From IMG/VR virus record IMGVR_UViG_3300013094_000063, positions 1 through 53,897 of that record: a stretch of DNA of 53,897 nt; one strand, given 5' to 3'. The translations under genes and the position numbers were made by a program. How positions within the stretch are numbered: the stretch's first letter is position 1; the number at the start of each line of letters is the position of its first letter. The notes under the pieces were generated by a model. That model ran no database searches and was not told the DNA's origin. It was given only the letters and a program-made list of their open reading frames with translations. Below are positions 37,001 to 44,674 of the stretch, piece after piece. Source of the stretch: a virus. Lineage: Duplodnaviria; Caudoviricetes.

Positions 37001-38512
37001 TGCGGGAATCACGGTGACATTCTGAGATCCTGCCACTACGGCGATGGTATCTGTCATAAAATAATTTGAAAACAGATAGTCGCCCTGTTCTACAGCATTG
37101 CGATATTTTAGAGGAAATCCTAGATACGGATCACTGGTTCCGGTCCCTAGAGTATATCCGAATATCTTCGATCCTAGGAAATTACTAGGAAGATTGATTT
37201 TATCGCTATAGCTTATACCTTGATCAGTAAACAGATCAAACAGGGGTGCTTGATTTAGCGAAGTGTGCTGTTGAGACAGCTGCCAATTGACGCCGTTGTA
37301 CCACCAATCAGTTCCGTTGTTTTCTACTCCAAGGTCGATAGTTACCTGAGATCCCACTGCTACTGTAGTTGACTCGACTAACTCTAATTGATAAGTTCCT
37401 GCTGTGACATTGACTTCGTAGATCATCTCGGGATTAGGAGAAGCATTGAATATTATCCTATTGCCCTTTTGTAACAATACTTGATCAATGTAGTAGCCAA
37501 AAGTACCATTGATCACAGAGGGGTCAACTATGGTATTGTCAATGAATTCGATATTGGGAATACCAATGGTTCCATGATTATATAATTTTAGATCCGCGGC
37601 AAATTCTATGATAGGACGCTGTGCTCTATATTCTGAAGGATATTCGACCAATCTACCCTGTGCCTCAGCAGTTATACGGATCACATCAGAATGTACCCAT
37701 CGATTATATCTGCTCCAGGAATTGATATCTCGACTGGCCCGATTGATAGTTATGTATTCCGGAATTAGAGGAAGCTTTTCTGTGTCATCAAATTTATAGT
37801 AGTCAAAATCGTATGTGCCAAATCTGTCCTTGAACTGACTAGCAATGGGTTCAGGCGTGATCAATGTTTCTACATCTACTAGTCTAATACCTTGATCTGT
37901 TCCCACACCTTCTACAAAATATGATTTTTGATAATACTGCGTACCTTCGAGCTCAGTATTGATAAATTTTAATCGTAATCCGTTGGTTAAGGTTAATCCA
38001 GTGCTGGGGTTGGTGTAGGTCTGTTGGCCTAAGATGTTTTCTACGATGGTAATTAGATCTTCGTTGACCGGAATCTCGTCTGGTCCTTCGACCAACCAAT
38101 AGTATTCTTGATAGTTGATCAATTTGTCCCAGTCGATCCAAGGATTATAACTATAGAAATCACTGCGTAGCAGTCTATCTAGATTATTGGTCTTTCCACC
38201 TTTGACTGCTATTTCGTCAATTAGATCATCGAGAGCTATAACATCCTGTATTTCATAAACAGCATTGTTGACCACCAGTGCAGGAGTTAGTTGATAGTCT
38301 CTGCGTAGGGGAAGACTTTCTGGTATGTAGACATCACTGGTAGAAACATAGTTAGGTGTATTTTTAGATCCTATATATCCGCTGATGCGTTCTAGCTGTG
38401 CTGGTCGAATCCATTGATCAAGAGTAGCGGATAAAAATTTAGAATTTTTATCAGTTCTTAGGTATTCAGGTAAAAAATTTATCGAACTTATTGTGCTGGT
38501 ACTAGCGGCCAT
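25070..38512 (-). CDS. Giant (4480 aa) virion structural protein, probable baseplate wedge (gp7-like position)
   Basis: 13.4-kb open frame directly after the gp6-like gene; starts FLPEYLRT..N.KFL..TLDQ; contains FG-GAP-like propeller repeats (FG..V, VGAPG), PG.GY...P.V.I repeats and YQAGQIVSYGGSYY-type modules. Confidence 0.85.
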   Translation of the reverse strand: MAASTSTISSINFLPEYLRTDKNSKFLSATLDQWIRPAQLERISGYIGSKNTPNYVSTSDVYIPESLPLRRDYQLTPALVVNNAVYEIQDVIALDDLIDEIAVKGGKTNNLDRLLRSDFYSYNPWIDWDKLINYQEYYWLVEGPDEIPVNEDLITIVENILGQQTYTNPSTGLTLTNGLRLKFINTELEGTQYYQKSYFVEGVGTDQGIRLVDVETLITPEPIASQFKDRFGTYDFDYYKFDDTEKLPLIPEYITINRASRDINSWSRYNRWVHSDVIRITAEAQGRLVEYPSEYRAQRPIIEFAADLKLYNHGTIGIPNIEFIDNTIVDPSVINGTFGYYIDQVLLQKGNRIIFNASPNPEMIYEVNVTAGTYQLELVESTTVAVGSQVTIDLGVENNGTDWWYNGVNWQLSQQHTSLNQAPLFDLFTDQGISYSDKINLPSNFLGSKIFGYTLGTGTSDPYLGFPLKYRNAVEQGDYLFSNYFMTDTIAVVAGSQNVTVIPASQTYLKFVHTGGEQYVNVWSTSTDYSVPIIQFQTVITATNSIAVSAIETPATFEYEAYLDTKILPNDATFTTVSSGTYQINFNSTLNTGTNVLLKFYTTASITSSGYYEPPLGLTNNPLNGPISQFTLSELSDHVHTMVERIPGFVGSFPGASNLRDLTNISQYGTRLISNINPIAFADMFVGKKEHSIIDAINSVANDYNQYKSQIIAQMNRVTDQQDPTALLDEILSVINQDKTPQSSYYISDMIGHGTDKTVNSYTVTRSNYVFSISSPFSTTELNLRSVLVYLNGVQLVLNRDYVFVEHDSFVTVLVQLSEGDVVTVVEYPNTSGCYVPPTPTKLGLYPSFYPTKYVDDTYVVPRTVIQGHDGSITVAFDDFRDDVLLEFEKRIYNNIKSQYRAELFDINSVIPGAFRNSQYSFSEATDILESGFIKWSGLNGVDYTANTIFDEADPFTWNYLGGYIPSLGIHVGGYWRGIYKYLYDTDRPHTNPWEMFGFTEEPDWWIGEYAGKYQSLWQDVEAGIIRQGPRAGTYSVYARPGIIENGLVPVDISGNLVDPSTLIQNVTIYNRRQNWQFGDQAPVETAWRRSSYYPFAVQRLLALTKPATYAALMYDLSRVSKNIAGQWTYSNNAFFNFTDLVIHGENAKLTSGYSQLISEVGSRRTKNYISELRSDLSYANFNLFYKVGGFVSKDKLQITIDAYEPNSNSPGAILPIEDYTLRLNVSNPIISASISGMVVQKTPNGTFVIKGYDTQSPYFSVYTPIRTSNTPSITVGGVSEPYVVWTNGSVAGGSLLTGVETTTAVGAGGLFYQAGQIVSYGGSYYRVKISHQAESSFNSDYYQMLPGLPTTGGAAVQIANKFDSVVKEIPYGMEFGSIQAVYDIIVGYGAWLKDQGFIFDEYNSKINDVINWEFSGKEFLYWTTQNWAANNVITLSPFADQIKYSYKESVVDNLFDTFYEYSLLLANGTPFPKDNLFVNRQAGVCIISATTSTDGIYFARLNSVQKEHSLVFNNATIFNDVIYDIETGYQQQRMKLSGFRTKDWTGDLYSPGFVYDDVEISNWKINTAYKSAQVVQYNGTYYSAKANLEPASTFDVTNWIALEQKPQGGLLPNFDYKINQFQDFYSLDIDNFDSSQQKMAQHLTGYTPRVYLNNIFTDPIAQYKFYQGFIREKGTRNAVQKLSKATVQNFQGTIDYNEEWAFRIGEYGSFSTYKELETTLVEGTFFENPQIINYVDSLPSGNSLIYYSTASNWAIVPDNYDPAHTFYTTTGTYILPTAGYARSDDVTYTVYNENSLLSITNNDMINLGDTAWLGFKQNGDWDILRYSLSQSSVVNAEIGVYGQEIIFTTDKPHGLSAGDIVSLVKYTSQLNGVYIVQSIVSNNQFSIASTIQTIDSTLSIGAGQIYKFSTARAKTFDTLPNDAELLSLPEGSLFWVDSDLEDGKGRWTVYNKIQNYYPMPVTNGIKGYNEQLGYSISKIGGDRLFMVGSPTCPDPIKNYAGYGKVTAYVKVNGNPIPRFRYFLNPDENRPYYNQTVSTATGFGSAVAYDDYQYPGTNSGLIFAGAPKTSYAYSTATMVGAVNSAVVRTTVGASASSYVEQGLVTISSIDPVSNEETRLLTLISPYPQSREHFGSGLYVQLNTSSKLLLVSAPGDTTSVGSVYAYRVGSFTTGSTTTLVINYINSLTTVASTPGMQWGHSISGSSDGTVIAVGAPGYNDRTGLVHIFNGTATSQVIQSPFLAGGGFGSHVEVSADGSYLIVSALDEYSYSDNNQSYGRVAIYQNNNGSFNTATVQILDNPLVNSKMKFGHDIVINDSLDILVISALGTDYINTTFDENQIRNIGGKKIVSTVSTIDDSGTTDFFTEVERTGTVYVYNRKHNRFVLSEELPPHDAYQGLDHGFSLQIAQDNTIFVGAPAIDNQSTGSFFYQYFSTSTAALSWEAYRSQEDLVDISTIQRLVLIDTYNEKVINYLETIDPAKGYISGLADQEIKYKSLFDPAVYAVGSTGTVVNPSTNWTDDHVGDLWWDLSTVKYQWYEQGDLEYRKNNWGSTFPGSSIDVYEWVGSSLLPSQWSSQADTVTGLTQGISGQPKYPDDSSVAVKQTYDPITDSLSNYYYYWVKNTVVVPATNSRRISAYQVASIIADPLAYGLQYATPISADAMALANIGSTPVGTRINLNISMDLNPDNVPRHTEWLLLQENSQTSLPNSLLEKKLLDSLIGHDSQGNLVPDPALNPRQAHGVGIRPRQGLFVDRFQALRNLLDFTNGILINLPITGNYSFENLNKSESVPDQYSHQWDQVVETLSDRDAVNTRAFTVNTIANLTATIYDGQVVSVDIVNPGYGYLISPTVQITGDSTTPAVITTEINELGQIVSATIVEAGSGYYSAPELTVRGYTVIVLSDSEAGGRWSKHTWDAYNNRWARIHTQSYNTTLYWDYVDYSSTGFNQYKIIDYTVDSTYELSTLVEAVPGQYIKIKNIGNGLSAIVTPTSSTYGTFSNNYDLLWKQNGTIQLSNNLWDVPDSQLGFDEYNNFDTTLYNQAPDLELEYILSALKNNIFVDELKINWNRFFFTAVKYALYEQKLLDWAFKTTFINVVNYAGNLDQRPVYKLTNSAYFEDYINEVKPYHTQIRNFITNQTTLDLEYSYNTDFDLPSYYNLTDGAFETVEVNSTLTNVYPWKSWSDNYSYSVSAINVINPGSKYTSVPAIEISSPDLASGTTATAQAYIGGGKIYLIEVVDPGSGYTQTPTVSIVGGTTGTTATVSLNLVNGRIRTNTIDIKFDRISSASQIGNVDVVDEFYCDGSNSEFVLSWLAQADKQTIDVTLDNDLVLIADYTIKYYTSSYNGYNKKYSKLVFLNYIPKRDQIVVIRYKKNVELMSAVERIGYFTSVTDFSTVTSGLTYTGMQLQGARFDHTSAWTEPYPAYDTFAWNDAVSDYSVITSITTSSSIGNVTTVELTSVAGIKLYQYANVIGYDTTPFTTSSVMVIGINTLTNTVTINSVVGSRRDIPAGTSIEFWSNNTDFSILDVATSATSWNNSNSSSWMTYLGIQPNDFALNTATGLYLLGGNVNSNNLMVDGDGFYTDNIGFIPEELISGQATDSLGINVYTKGPTGAPLVFSSYFGMAANTTISIKLDILPPNSNSIGVIVNLENTFDNTVLEYNSSTNWTSTNQFSIDWANSLLIVAPQPYIAVVGYTIITVEGTEYVDYSYQSTTVGTDSIQLRSLGAYDSLLKSAYVTLDGVGISQEVSTSTPYYELTTVDAVANRRTAVNIYNVSTASAHLAQAWFFDSDYKSFNEIQKQSFVYDGSTSSFIMTYPPGTTGPAEGNMIVDVINDQGTKRLMPPDIAYYQYTGVTTTFNIPTSFGTYRDPFTNLNVRAYKNGQLLAYGYDYTLADSTIVAIPGVLAYGDTLAIISYALNDALNYDFRVKGNNLILSTDPGQTPATPLNPGDLITVITFNQQDSLLMETQIFSGNTSGAYQVSRPVINSNYLWVSVNGEFLINKIDFVVLDDLRTVQVADQFTGDQVKEVIITSVNSKGDPVLGYRIFTDMFNRTQFKRLSKQHTTYLTQPLYVYDTEIHVYDSSVLSSPIPSKRIPGVVIIDGERIEYYKISNNVLSQLRRGTLGTAPKHYSQIYTKVIDQGISQTISYAENIHRQTYINIGTTNTYIINTVSTTTYYDTKIVELSNGTGASIQSQTPYDNLVEVDFQINYGTVAISTATGAFDPADLTTYKTGSGSIEIDIPAQPNDGSYVVQAWFIGQGDPGTSVPYIFRNDGITLQTQPVDSSIPLSAEDQVAVYYGGRLLRKTGIFHQDTNKAYDSPSVPSTTATVASVFNLPVTNVLNTAYITTDTNQVWVYTRSNRLDSYLGYEYQGLSYLPPEFTVDLETQQLTLNIPEALESHLPVRVDIVKRDYAAITEWNDRDPMNPGNTLSLMQSTSTQALFLQNQPSELPDAYYYGGDPDLTDKSGFALTLSNGDPLEDK

Positions 38513-38516
38513 TTAT

Positions 38517-41500
38517 TCAGCTTCCGTTGGTAATAATTGATTGTGTAGAATTTAGTTGACTGGCCGTAATCGCACTGATTACCTGTATATTGGCCGCTGT
38601 AGCTCCACTGATAAAAATCTCATTGCTTTGACAGGCTACTTCATATAAACTACCAAATCCATTATTTGAACTCAACGGAGTAATAATAAAATTAGTAATA
38701 TCCGGCGTCATTATGTTCATAACATAGGTGCTTAGTTCACTAAAATAAAAACTCTGACCAAAGTCCCAATTTTCTAATGCAAAGAAATTATTGATAGCGT
38801 TTAGTATTCTCGAGATGATATTGTTAGAACTAGCAGTGCTTGAGGGACTCTGTACAGCTTTGAATATAGCCTGCAGGCTTAAATCAGCAGTACTGCCAAA
38901 TAAGACTCGATAACTGACTGGCTGATAGACTATTTGATCACTGATAGATTTTACTGGTTCTAATTGACCGTTGTAGTTGCTTTCGAGACTAGCACTGGTA
39001 GGAAGGCTAGGCTTGGTACCTGTTCCAGATATTAACCAATTCCTAAATGCCGTGTCGTAATCAGCTGTTAGTATATAAATGTCTATGATATTACTCTTGG
39101 CAGGATCTATCCTTACTTCTTCTCCGGTGTTGTGGACATAGTGGAATTTTATTCCCGATCTACCCGGATAGGCCTTGTATCTATATTCATAGGTCCATGG
39201 GTCTAGGGAGTTGATGGCTGTGGGTGTATAGCTCTTAACCACATTATAACTGGGGTCATAGAAATAAAATAGATCTCCATATTGTGCAGATATCAATTCA
39301 TTATTGATAGCAAATGCGGCATCATTTGGAGTGGCATAATTGCCGTTTACTGTACCAGTATAGAGCTGATAGGTGATGCCATCACTGGCCAATTGGAAAT
39401 AGATGTAGTTGGGTATAAAAGCGAGACCGGCAGCGTCATAGACAGCATTGGTATTGGTTCCAACTATGTCTACAAAGGCATCTGGATTGTCTATCTGTTT
39501 GGTCTGAGAATTTTCGTAAAAACTGACCTTGACACGCTTAGGTTCAACGTAGCCATCTGGCTGTACGATGGAATCATCGATCTGCCAGATTAGATCTTGT
39601 CCTAGTCCTAGGGCATTGTTGTTGGGTTGTGTGTTGATTGATAAGACATCAATCTGATCTTTGATGACCTTGTTATCTGTAAAATCATAATTTGTCGTGG
39701 TTTTATCTACATAAAAAGCCGTTTGATTTTCACTTTCAAATATATAATCTATGAATCTATATCGTACCTTGTAGGCATCTCCAATCCAATTAAATGATAT
39801 CAACCAGCTGGCGTCGAGATTAAGATTTTCTAGATTCCTATGATAATCTAGACTGAAGGGACTAGATAGATCTAGATTGGTATCTGTGATTATAGCCCAG
39901 GTCCTACTGACGATGTCAAATGTCAAACCAAAGTTGCGTTGATTTAGACAGAGGCTTACCAACTGTGATTCAAAGGCATAGGTATAGTTGTTGACAAATA
40001 TCGGTATGATCTGTGTCAGCAGAGCACCGTCAGGTATCACCGAACTCAACACCAAAGGTCCTTGACCATTACTGAGATTACCTAGTCCTCCATTGGATCC
40101 GTCGCCTATGACCTGACTGATAGTGGTCCAGGTTCCATTGTCGAACTGTAATAGGGCACCCTGTATGGCATAGATTAGATTATTATTGGCATATGATCCT
40201 AGAGACTGAGGAGCGTTGTTGTTGTCGGCATCATATAGATAACCCTGGCTCTGTCCTGCAACACTGTTGCTTAGATGCCAGTGGAAATTAAAATCGCTCA
40301 TCAAGGCACGAGGCCATTTGTCTAGATAAAATGATCTCAACCCTGCGTTTAACAGTAGAGGTTCGATTTGTTTTTTAATAACAACAAATATGTCATTTTT
40401 ACTAGTAAATGTAAATTGGAAATTTTCTTCTTGTTGAGATTTATACAGTATCCCATCTGAAGCAAAGATATTGGTCGAACTGTATCTACCTGTTATGTCG
40501 CTAAGGTCAAAATATTTGCTCAGTCCGCTGGTGGTACGAGCCAGGCTTTTTATCCGCAGAATATCGGTACTGACTGTCAAGGGAGTTATGTTATAGTCCT
40601 CAGCTGTGATCATACGATTCTGTGTGTAGTAGGCCTGAGGAGCATTGGTCTGTATGCTGGCATTTGTCTCAGCGGCGGTGGCATTACTGACAGTATATTG
40701 TAGAGCCAGTGTCAGTGTCAGTGTTTGGGCTTGACCTGATTTGTTATAGTAAGGAACTTTCAATGCTATACCGCTCATCTGTGAAGGCGTGATAGAATAA
40801 CTCAGTCCGTTGCTGACACGATAGAACAATTGGAATTGACCTTTAGGAAGATTGCCGAAGCTACCATCAGCAAAATTTAGATCGATCTGATCTTGATCTC
40901 TAGTACGCACACTGTAGATGTTTCTAGTCTGTTGATTTAGATTGTTATAGATCACATTGTTGCCTGTGGTGTTGGGAACCTGTGTCCATAGATTAGAATA
41001 ATTGCCATTGGCGTCTAACTGCCATAACCACACGTCTGTATTGTTGATATTAGAAGCATTGACTCCGACGATTTCATTAGGTACCGGAGTATCTATGTTG
41101 AAGTTGACCGCATTCAACGATCCCTGCTTGAACAACAAGAAAAATCCTGTACCAGCACTGCCAGATCCATTGTTGTCATTCTGATACAGGAAGCTGAGAG
41201 GATTTCTTGGAACAGGTACCTGCTCATAGATATAGGTCTGTCCTAGAAATGTAGCAGGGATGATTTCAAATGCGGTGGCAACTCCGCCAACAGTTTTTGA
41301 AAAACTATAAGCAGGCACATCGGTATTACTGCTGTTGAAACTGTATTCTTCAGTGAGTATTCCACCTATGGTATCTCTGCCTTGCGGGTTTCCAAAAGCA
41401 TAACCACCGCTCATAGCAGAATTTAATAAGGTGATGAATTGGCTATACCAACCAGAATTAGTAGCATCATTCCACTGTATCTGTGTATTAGCTAAATTTG

Positions 41501-41903
41501 TTCCGTTGCTGTCAAAGACGTTGTCGGTGGTAGCGATACCTACTATTTTTAGTAGCCCTGTAGCGGGTGTATTTCTTTTAGGTACATAGCTGACTAGCTG
41601 TGCCAGTCGCAAGATGCTGTCACGACGCTGTGCTGTTTCGAGGAAATTTTCCCGGGCATTGAGATCAATACGGAAACTGAGATTCTGACCTAGATAGGCG
41701 ATCAATTCCACCAAGGCCATGTATTCGCTAGAATCTATGTAGTCATTGAAATCTTCTGGATATGTCTGCTGTAGATAATTGATCATGCTACGGCGCAGTG
41801 TTTCAAAGTCATAGCTCTGGAAGTCTGCGTTGCGGAAGGATTGGTATATCTTGACCCAATCTTCGGCCACTAGTAGTTTAGAATTGGTAGCTGGAATAGT
41901 CAT
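38517..41903 (-). CDS. gp6: Baseplate wedge subunit, T4 gp6-like
   Basis: YDFETLR..MINYL....PEDFNDYIDSSEY.AL...AY....LSFR.DLNARENFLETA.RR.SILRLA....Y.PKR; FADG.FG..P; QNRMITAEDY. Confidence 0.85.
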   Translation of the reverse strand: MTIPATNSKLLVAEDWVKIYQSFRNADFQSYDFETLRRSMINYLQQTYPEDFNDYIDSSEYMALVELIAYLGQNLSFRIDLNARENFLETAQRRDSILRLAQLVSYVPKRNTPATGLLKIVGIATTDNVFDSNGTNLANTQIQWNDATNSGWYSQFITLLNSAMSGGYAFGNPQGRDTIGGILTEEYSFNSSNTDVPAYSFSKTVGGVATAFEIIPATFLGQTYIYEQVPVPRNPLSFLYQNDNNGSGSAGTGFFLLFKQGSLNAVNFNIDTPVPNEIVGVNASNINNTDVWLWQLDANGNYSNLWTQVPNTTGNNVIYNNLNQQTRNIYSVRTRDQDQIDLNFADGSFGNLPKGQFQLFYRVSNGLSYSITPSQMSGIALKVPYYNKSGQAQTLTLTLALQYTVSNATAAETNASIQTNAPQAYYTQNRMITAEDYNITPLTVSTDILRIKSLARTTSGLSKYFDLSDITGRYSSTNIFASDGILYKSQQEENFQFTFTSKNDIFVVIKKQIEPLLLNAGLRSFYLDKWPRALMSDFNFHWHLSNSVAGQSQGYLYDADNNNAPQSLGSYANNNLIYAIQGALLQFDNGTWTTISQVIGDGSNGGLGNLSNGQGPLVLSSVIPDGALLTQIIPIFVNNYTYAFESQLVSLCLNQRNFGLTFDIVSRTWAIITDTNLDLSSPFSLDYHRNLENLNLDASWLISFNWIGDAYKVRYRFIDYIFESENQTAFYVDKTTTNYDFTDNKVIKDQIDVLSINTQPNNNALGLGQDLIWQIDDSIVQPDGYVEPKRVKVSFYENSQTKQIDNPDAFVDIVGTNTNAVYDAAGLAFIPNYIYFQLASDGITYQLYTGTVNGNYATPNDAAFAINNELISAQYGDLFYFYDPSYNVVKSYTPTAINSLDPWTYEYRYKAYPGRSGIKFHYVHNTGEEVRIDPAKSNIIDIYILTADYDTAFRNWLISGTGTKPSLPTSASLESNYNGQLEPVKSISDQIVYQPVSYRVLFGSTADLSLQAIFKAVQSPSSTASSNNIISRILNAINNFFALENWDFGQSFYFSELSTYVMNIMTPDITNFIITPLSSNNGFGSLYEVACQSNEIFISGATAANIQVISAITASQLNSTQSIITNGS

Positions 41904-41922
41904 GGTTTTCTTTTAGATAGCG

Positions 41923-41929
41923 TATTTAT
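41923..41929 (-). promoter_or_regulatory. Late-type promoter box ATAAATA
   Basis: Intergenic TATTTAT on + strand upstream of the gp6-like gene. Confidence 0.65.
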
Positions 41930-41936
41930 TAGTATA

Positions 41937-42410
41937 TTAACCTGGTGTATAATTACTACCGGTCACTGGAGTTTGTGATACTGAAAGGCCAATATTTTGA
42001 TCAAAGGTAAGTCTTAGATTGGAAGACTGGTCAGAGTTTACCAACTGTAGAGTTAATTCTAATAGATATCCCTGTTCATATTCTGTAATATCTATCTGTA
42101 AGGGAGTTACTCGAGGATCGCTGGTACATATCGAGGTTATGTCTTCTGACAATACCTGTCTAACATCTTCAGTCAATGGCTCCATCAAGAGGTCCCATAT
42201 GACACTACCGTAGGTGGGATTCATCAATCGCTCACCTCGACGAGTATTAAAATTATTGATTATATCCTGTTTGATGAGGTCAAAATCATAGAGACTAGAA
42301 TTCTTATTGCTATTATCGACACTGCTGAATCCTTTATAGAAATGGTCAGTTTTGACCGCAACCTCGTTGATGGCATTGGGTATATTAAGTTCGATATTTT
42401 TATATGGCAT
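41937..42410 (-). CDS. gp25: Baseplate wedge subunit, gp25-like
   Basis: LIKQDIINNFNTRRGERLMNPTYGS.IWDLLMEP...DPRV. Confidence 0.9.
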   Translation of the reverse strand: MPYKNIELNIPNAINEVAVKTDHFYKGFSSVDNSNKNSSLYDFDLIKQDIINNFNTRRGERLMNPTYGSVIWDLLMEPLTEDVRQVLSEDITSICTSDPRVTPLQIDITEYEQGYLLELTLQLVNSDQSSNLRLTFDQNIGLSVSQTPVTGSNYTPG

Positions 42411-42414
42411 GAGG

Positions 42415-42421
42415 TATTTAT
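42415..42421 (-). promoter_or_regulatory. Late-type promoter box ATAAATA
   Basis: Overlaps the TAA of the gp5-like gene, 4 nt before ATG 42410. Confidence 0.6.
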
Positions 42422-44658
42422 TTTCCTGTAGTTAGCGGTATTCCTGAGCTAGTGGTCACCGGTATTCCAGTTCCGGATACCACTTGATTAGTTGTGTTAG
42501 CAGTCGGCACGACTAAATCAGGACCTACACCGGCATTGGCCAGACATTGGAGAGCCGCACGTTTTTGTATTAGAGCGGCTTCTGCTACCATAGCAGGAGT
42601 GATATAACCTTTTTTAGGACTAGGATCAAATGCTGGATTGCCTTTATAATAAGCGGCAGTGGCTGGGTCACTAGCACTACACACTATCTGATCTGGGGCA
42701 TAGAATCTAAAAGCAGGTAAGAACACGGTCATATAGATATTTCCTATAGTGGGGTTTGGACATTTTTTATTTGGCCATCCCCAATATTTGAAGAATTTTT
42801 CTACATAATCCATCTGTCCTACACGAGTCATGGCGGCTAATGCGCTGGTAGTTGTTCTCAGTGTCTGCGCGGCTGGACCACCAAACTGTATCAGGCCATA
42901 ATATCCCTTACCATTAGGTTTAGCAGGATCCATGCTGGCTGCTGATTCTAGATACATGATACCTATCAGGTCTAGTGGATCAAATCCTAACCTACCACAC
43001 ACTTCTTTTATTTTAGTAAGAAATGGTTGATCAGTGGTCCACGAGAATGGGGCTCCTTGTACAGTGCCTCGATCACCAGCAGGACCATTTCTTGCAGGAT
43101 ATGGAGTATTAGCACTAGGCTGACCTTCAATCACAGCACCGTTGGTAGCCGTTTCTGTAGGAGTTATGGTGCTGTCAGTCCTTTCTAGACTAAACTGAGT
43201 TGGATTGATATTTTCGTGTTGATCCCATGGCTCATGGCTAGGGATTCTTTGCATTATAGAAACGATAGGATCCCCTTTGTAGAACTCACCGTTGCTCCAT
43301 GCAGTTCCGCCAACACGCTGTGGATTTTTGAACAGCGACAATCCTAAAGGAGCCACCGGGGAATCAGCTGTTGATGGACTATCGGCTGCAGGTCCATTTA
43401 GATCAATACGACCTGCGGATGCTACCAAACTAGCACCACTTACAGATAATTTGCCTTGAGCTCCTACGGTCACAGCGGCACCGGCTAGACTTAATTTTCC
43501 GCTTGCAGAAATTTTATTTTCTGCACCAGCCGACGAACTGATATTAGCGTTTGCAGCCATGATGATAGATCCAGTGACTCCTAGATTATAGTCCCCGGCT
43601 ACACTAATTTTGACAGTATCAGTTATTATGTTTGAATTCTGTCCAATGTTGAGATTAAAATCTTTAGTTGCGGCGATATTGAAATTACGACCAGCTTCTA
43701 GATTGAAATCCCTATCGGCACGCAGATTAAAATCTCCTTTGGTATGTATGCTGACACTATCTTCAGCATAGACATCTATCTTGCCGGCGCTGGTTAGTTC
43801 TATCCAGGCAGTACCTTTACTGTTGGCTATGTAGACCAAATCGCTTGAATTGTGTAAGAGTATCTGATGTCCTGTTCGAGTGCGGATCCTAACCAGTTCA
43901 TTCTGACCCGACTGATCACCGTCATCCATGACAAATGTCGATCCTCCTAGTCTGCTGACTGGGAATACTTTATTACCATCAAATCCAATCTTACCTTTAG
44001 GAGCACGGTCTGATGTATCTAAGGGACCAGGAGTGCTGATACCAAAGACCTGGCTGGGTATTTCCCTACGAGCACTGCTAGAAGTAACTCCCCGCACTGT
44101 ATCTAATAATAGACCCTGTTCTAGTAGTCTATCTGCAAACGGGTGTACAGGTTTAGGCAGTTTGGATATATTTTGATTGTTACCGTCATTGGTCTTTTTG
44201 TTGAATTCTGCTACAGGAAGATATCTAGTACCATATTTTTGTTCTTGTGCTGTGGTCATGGCCACATCTTGGCTAGCCGCAATACCTGGCATCATATGAT
44301 TTTGGAACGTGTCAGGGACACAACCTATCCAGAAACCGTATCCGAGGCCTACTGGAAAAACAACAACGACCTGAGTACCTACATCAGGAGGAACCATCCA
44401 CATGCCATAACTTTTTTGCACATCATTAAAGTCGCCGGAATTATTCCCCTGGAATTTGGCACTGGTTACTCCAGCAAAGGGACTCATATAGCGTACGATC
44501 CAGGTAGATGCCTGGGCCGATGTATCTACTGTAGGAATGTTACCCGTAAGAGCTACCTCAAGGAAACCCATATAGGTTTGATCTAGATGGTTAACAACTT
44601 CAGCCAACCACGGTCCAGGACCCGGTGTACTGCTTCTTTTGTATTGATCTATTCTCAT
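42418..44658 (-). CDS. gp5: Baseplate hub/spike, gp5-like, with C-terminal lysozyme-fold (transglycosylase-like) domain
   Basis: OB-fold SYGMWMVPPDVGTQVVV.F...GFWIGC; RIRTRTGHQI; beta-helix repeats ending IDLNG; then IMYLES...YYGLIQFG...QMDYVEKFF...YMTVFLPA. Confidence 0.82.
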   Translation of the reverse strand: MRIDQYKRSSTPGPGPWLAEVVNHLDQTYMGFLEVALTGNIPTVDTSAQASTWIVRYMSPFAGVTSAKFQGNNSGDFNDVQKSYGMWMVPPDVGTQVVVVFPVGLGYGFWIGCVPDTFQNHMMPGIAASQDVAMTTAQEQKYGTRYLPVAEFNKKTNDGNNQNISKLPKPVHPFADRLLEQGLLLDTVRGVTSSSARREIPSQVFGISTPGPLDTSDRAPKGKIGFDGNKVFPVSRLGGSTFVMDDGDQSGQNELVRIRTRTGHQILLHNSSDLVYIANSKGTAWIELTSAGKIDVYAEDSVSIHTKGDFNLRADRDFNLEAGRNFNIAATKDFNLNIGQNSNIITDTVKISVAGDYNLGVTGSIIMAANANISSSAGAENKISASGKLSLAGAAVTVGAQGKLSVSGASLVASAGRIDLNGPAADSPSTADSPVAPLGLSLFKNPQRVGGTAWSNGEFYKGDPIVSIMQRIPSHEPWDQHENINPTQFSLERTDSTITPTETATNGAVIEGQPSANTPYPARNGPAGDRGTVQGAPFSWTTDQPFLTKIKEVCGRLGFDPLDLIGIMYLESAASMDPAKPNGKGYYGLIQFGGPAAQTLRTTTSALAAMTRVGQMDYVEKFFKYWGWPNKKCPNPTIGNIYMTVFLPAFRFYAPDQIVCSASDPATAAYYKGNPAFDPSPKKGYITPAMVAEAALIQKRAALQCLANAGVGPDLVVPTANTTNQVVSGTGIPVTTSSGIPLTTGK

Positions 44659-44674
44659 AGAAATTACCTGTTAC

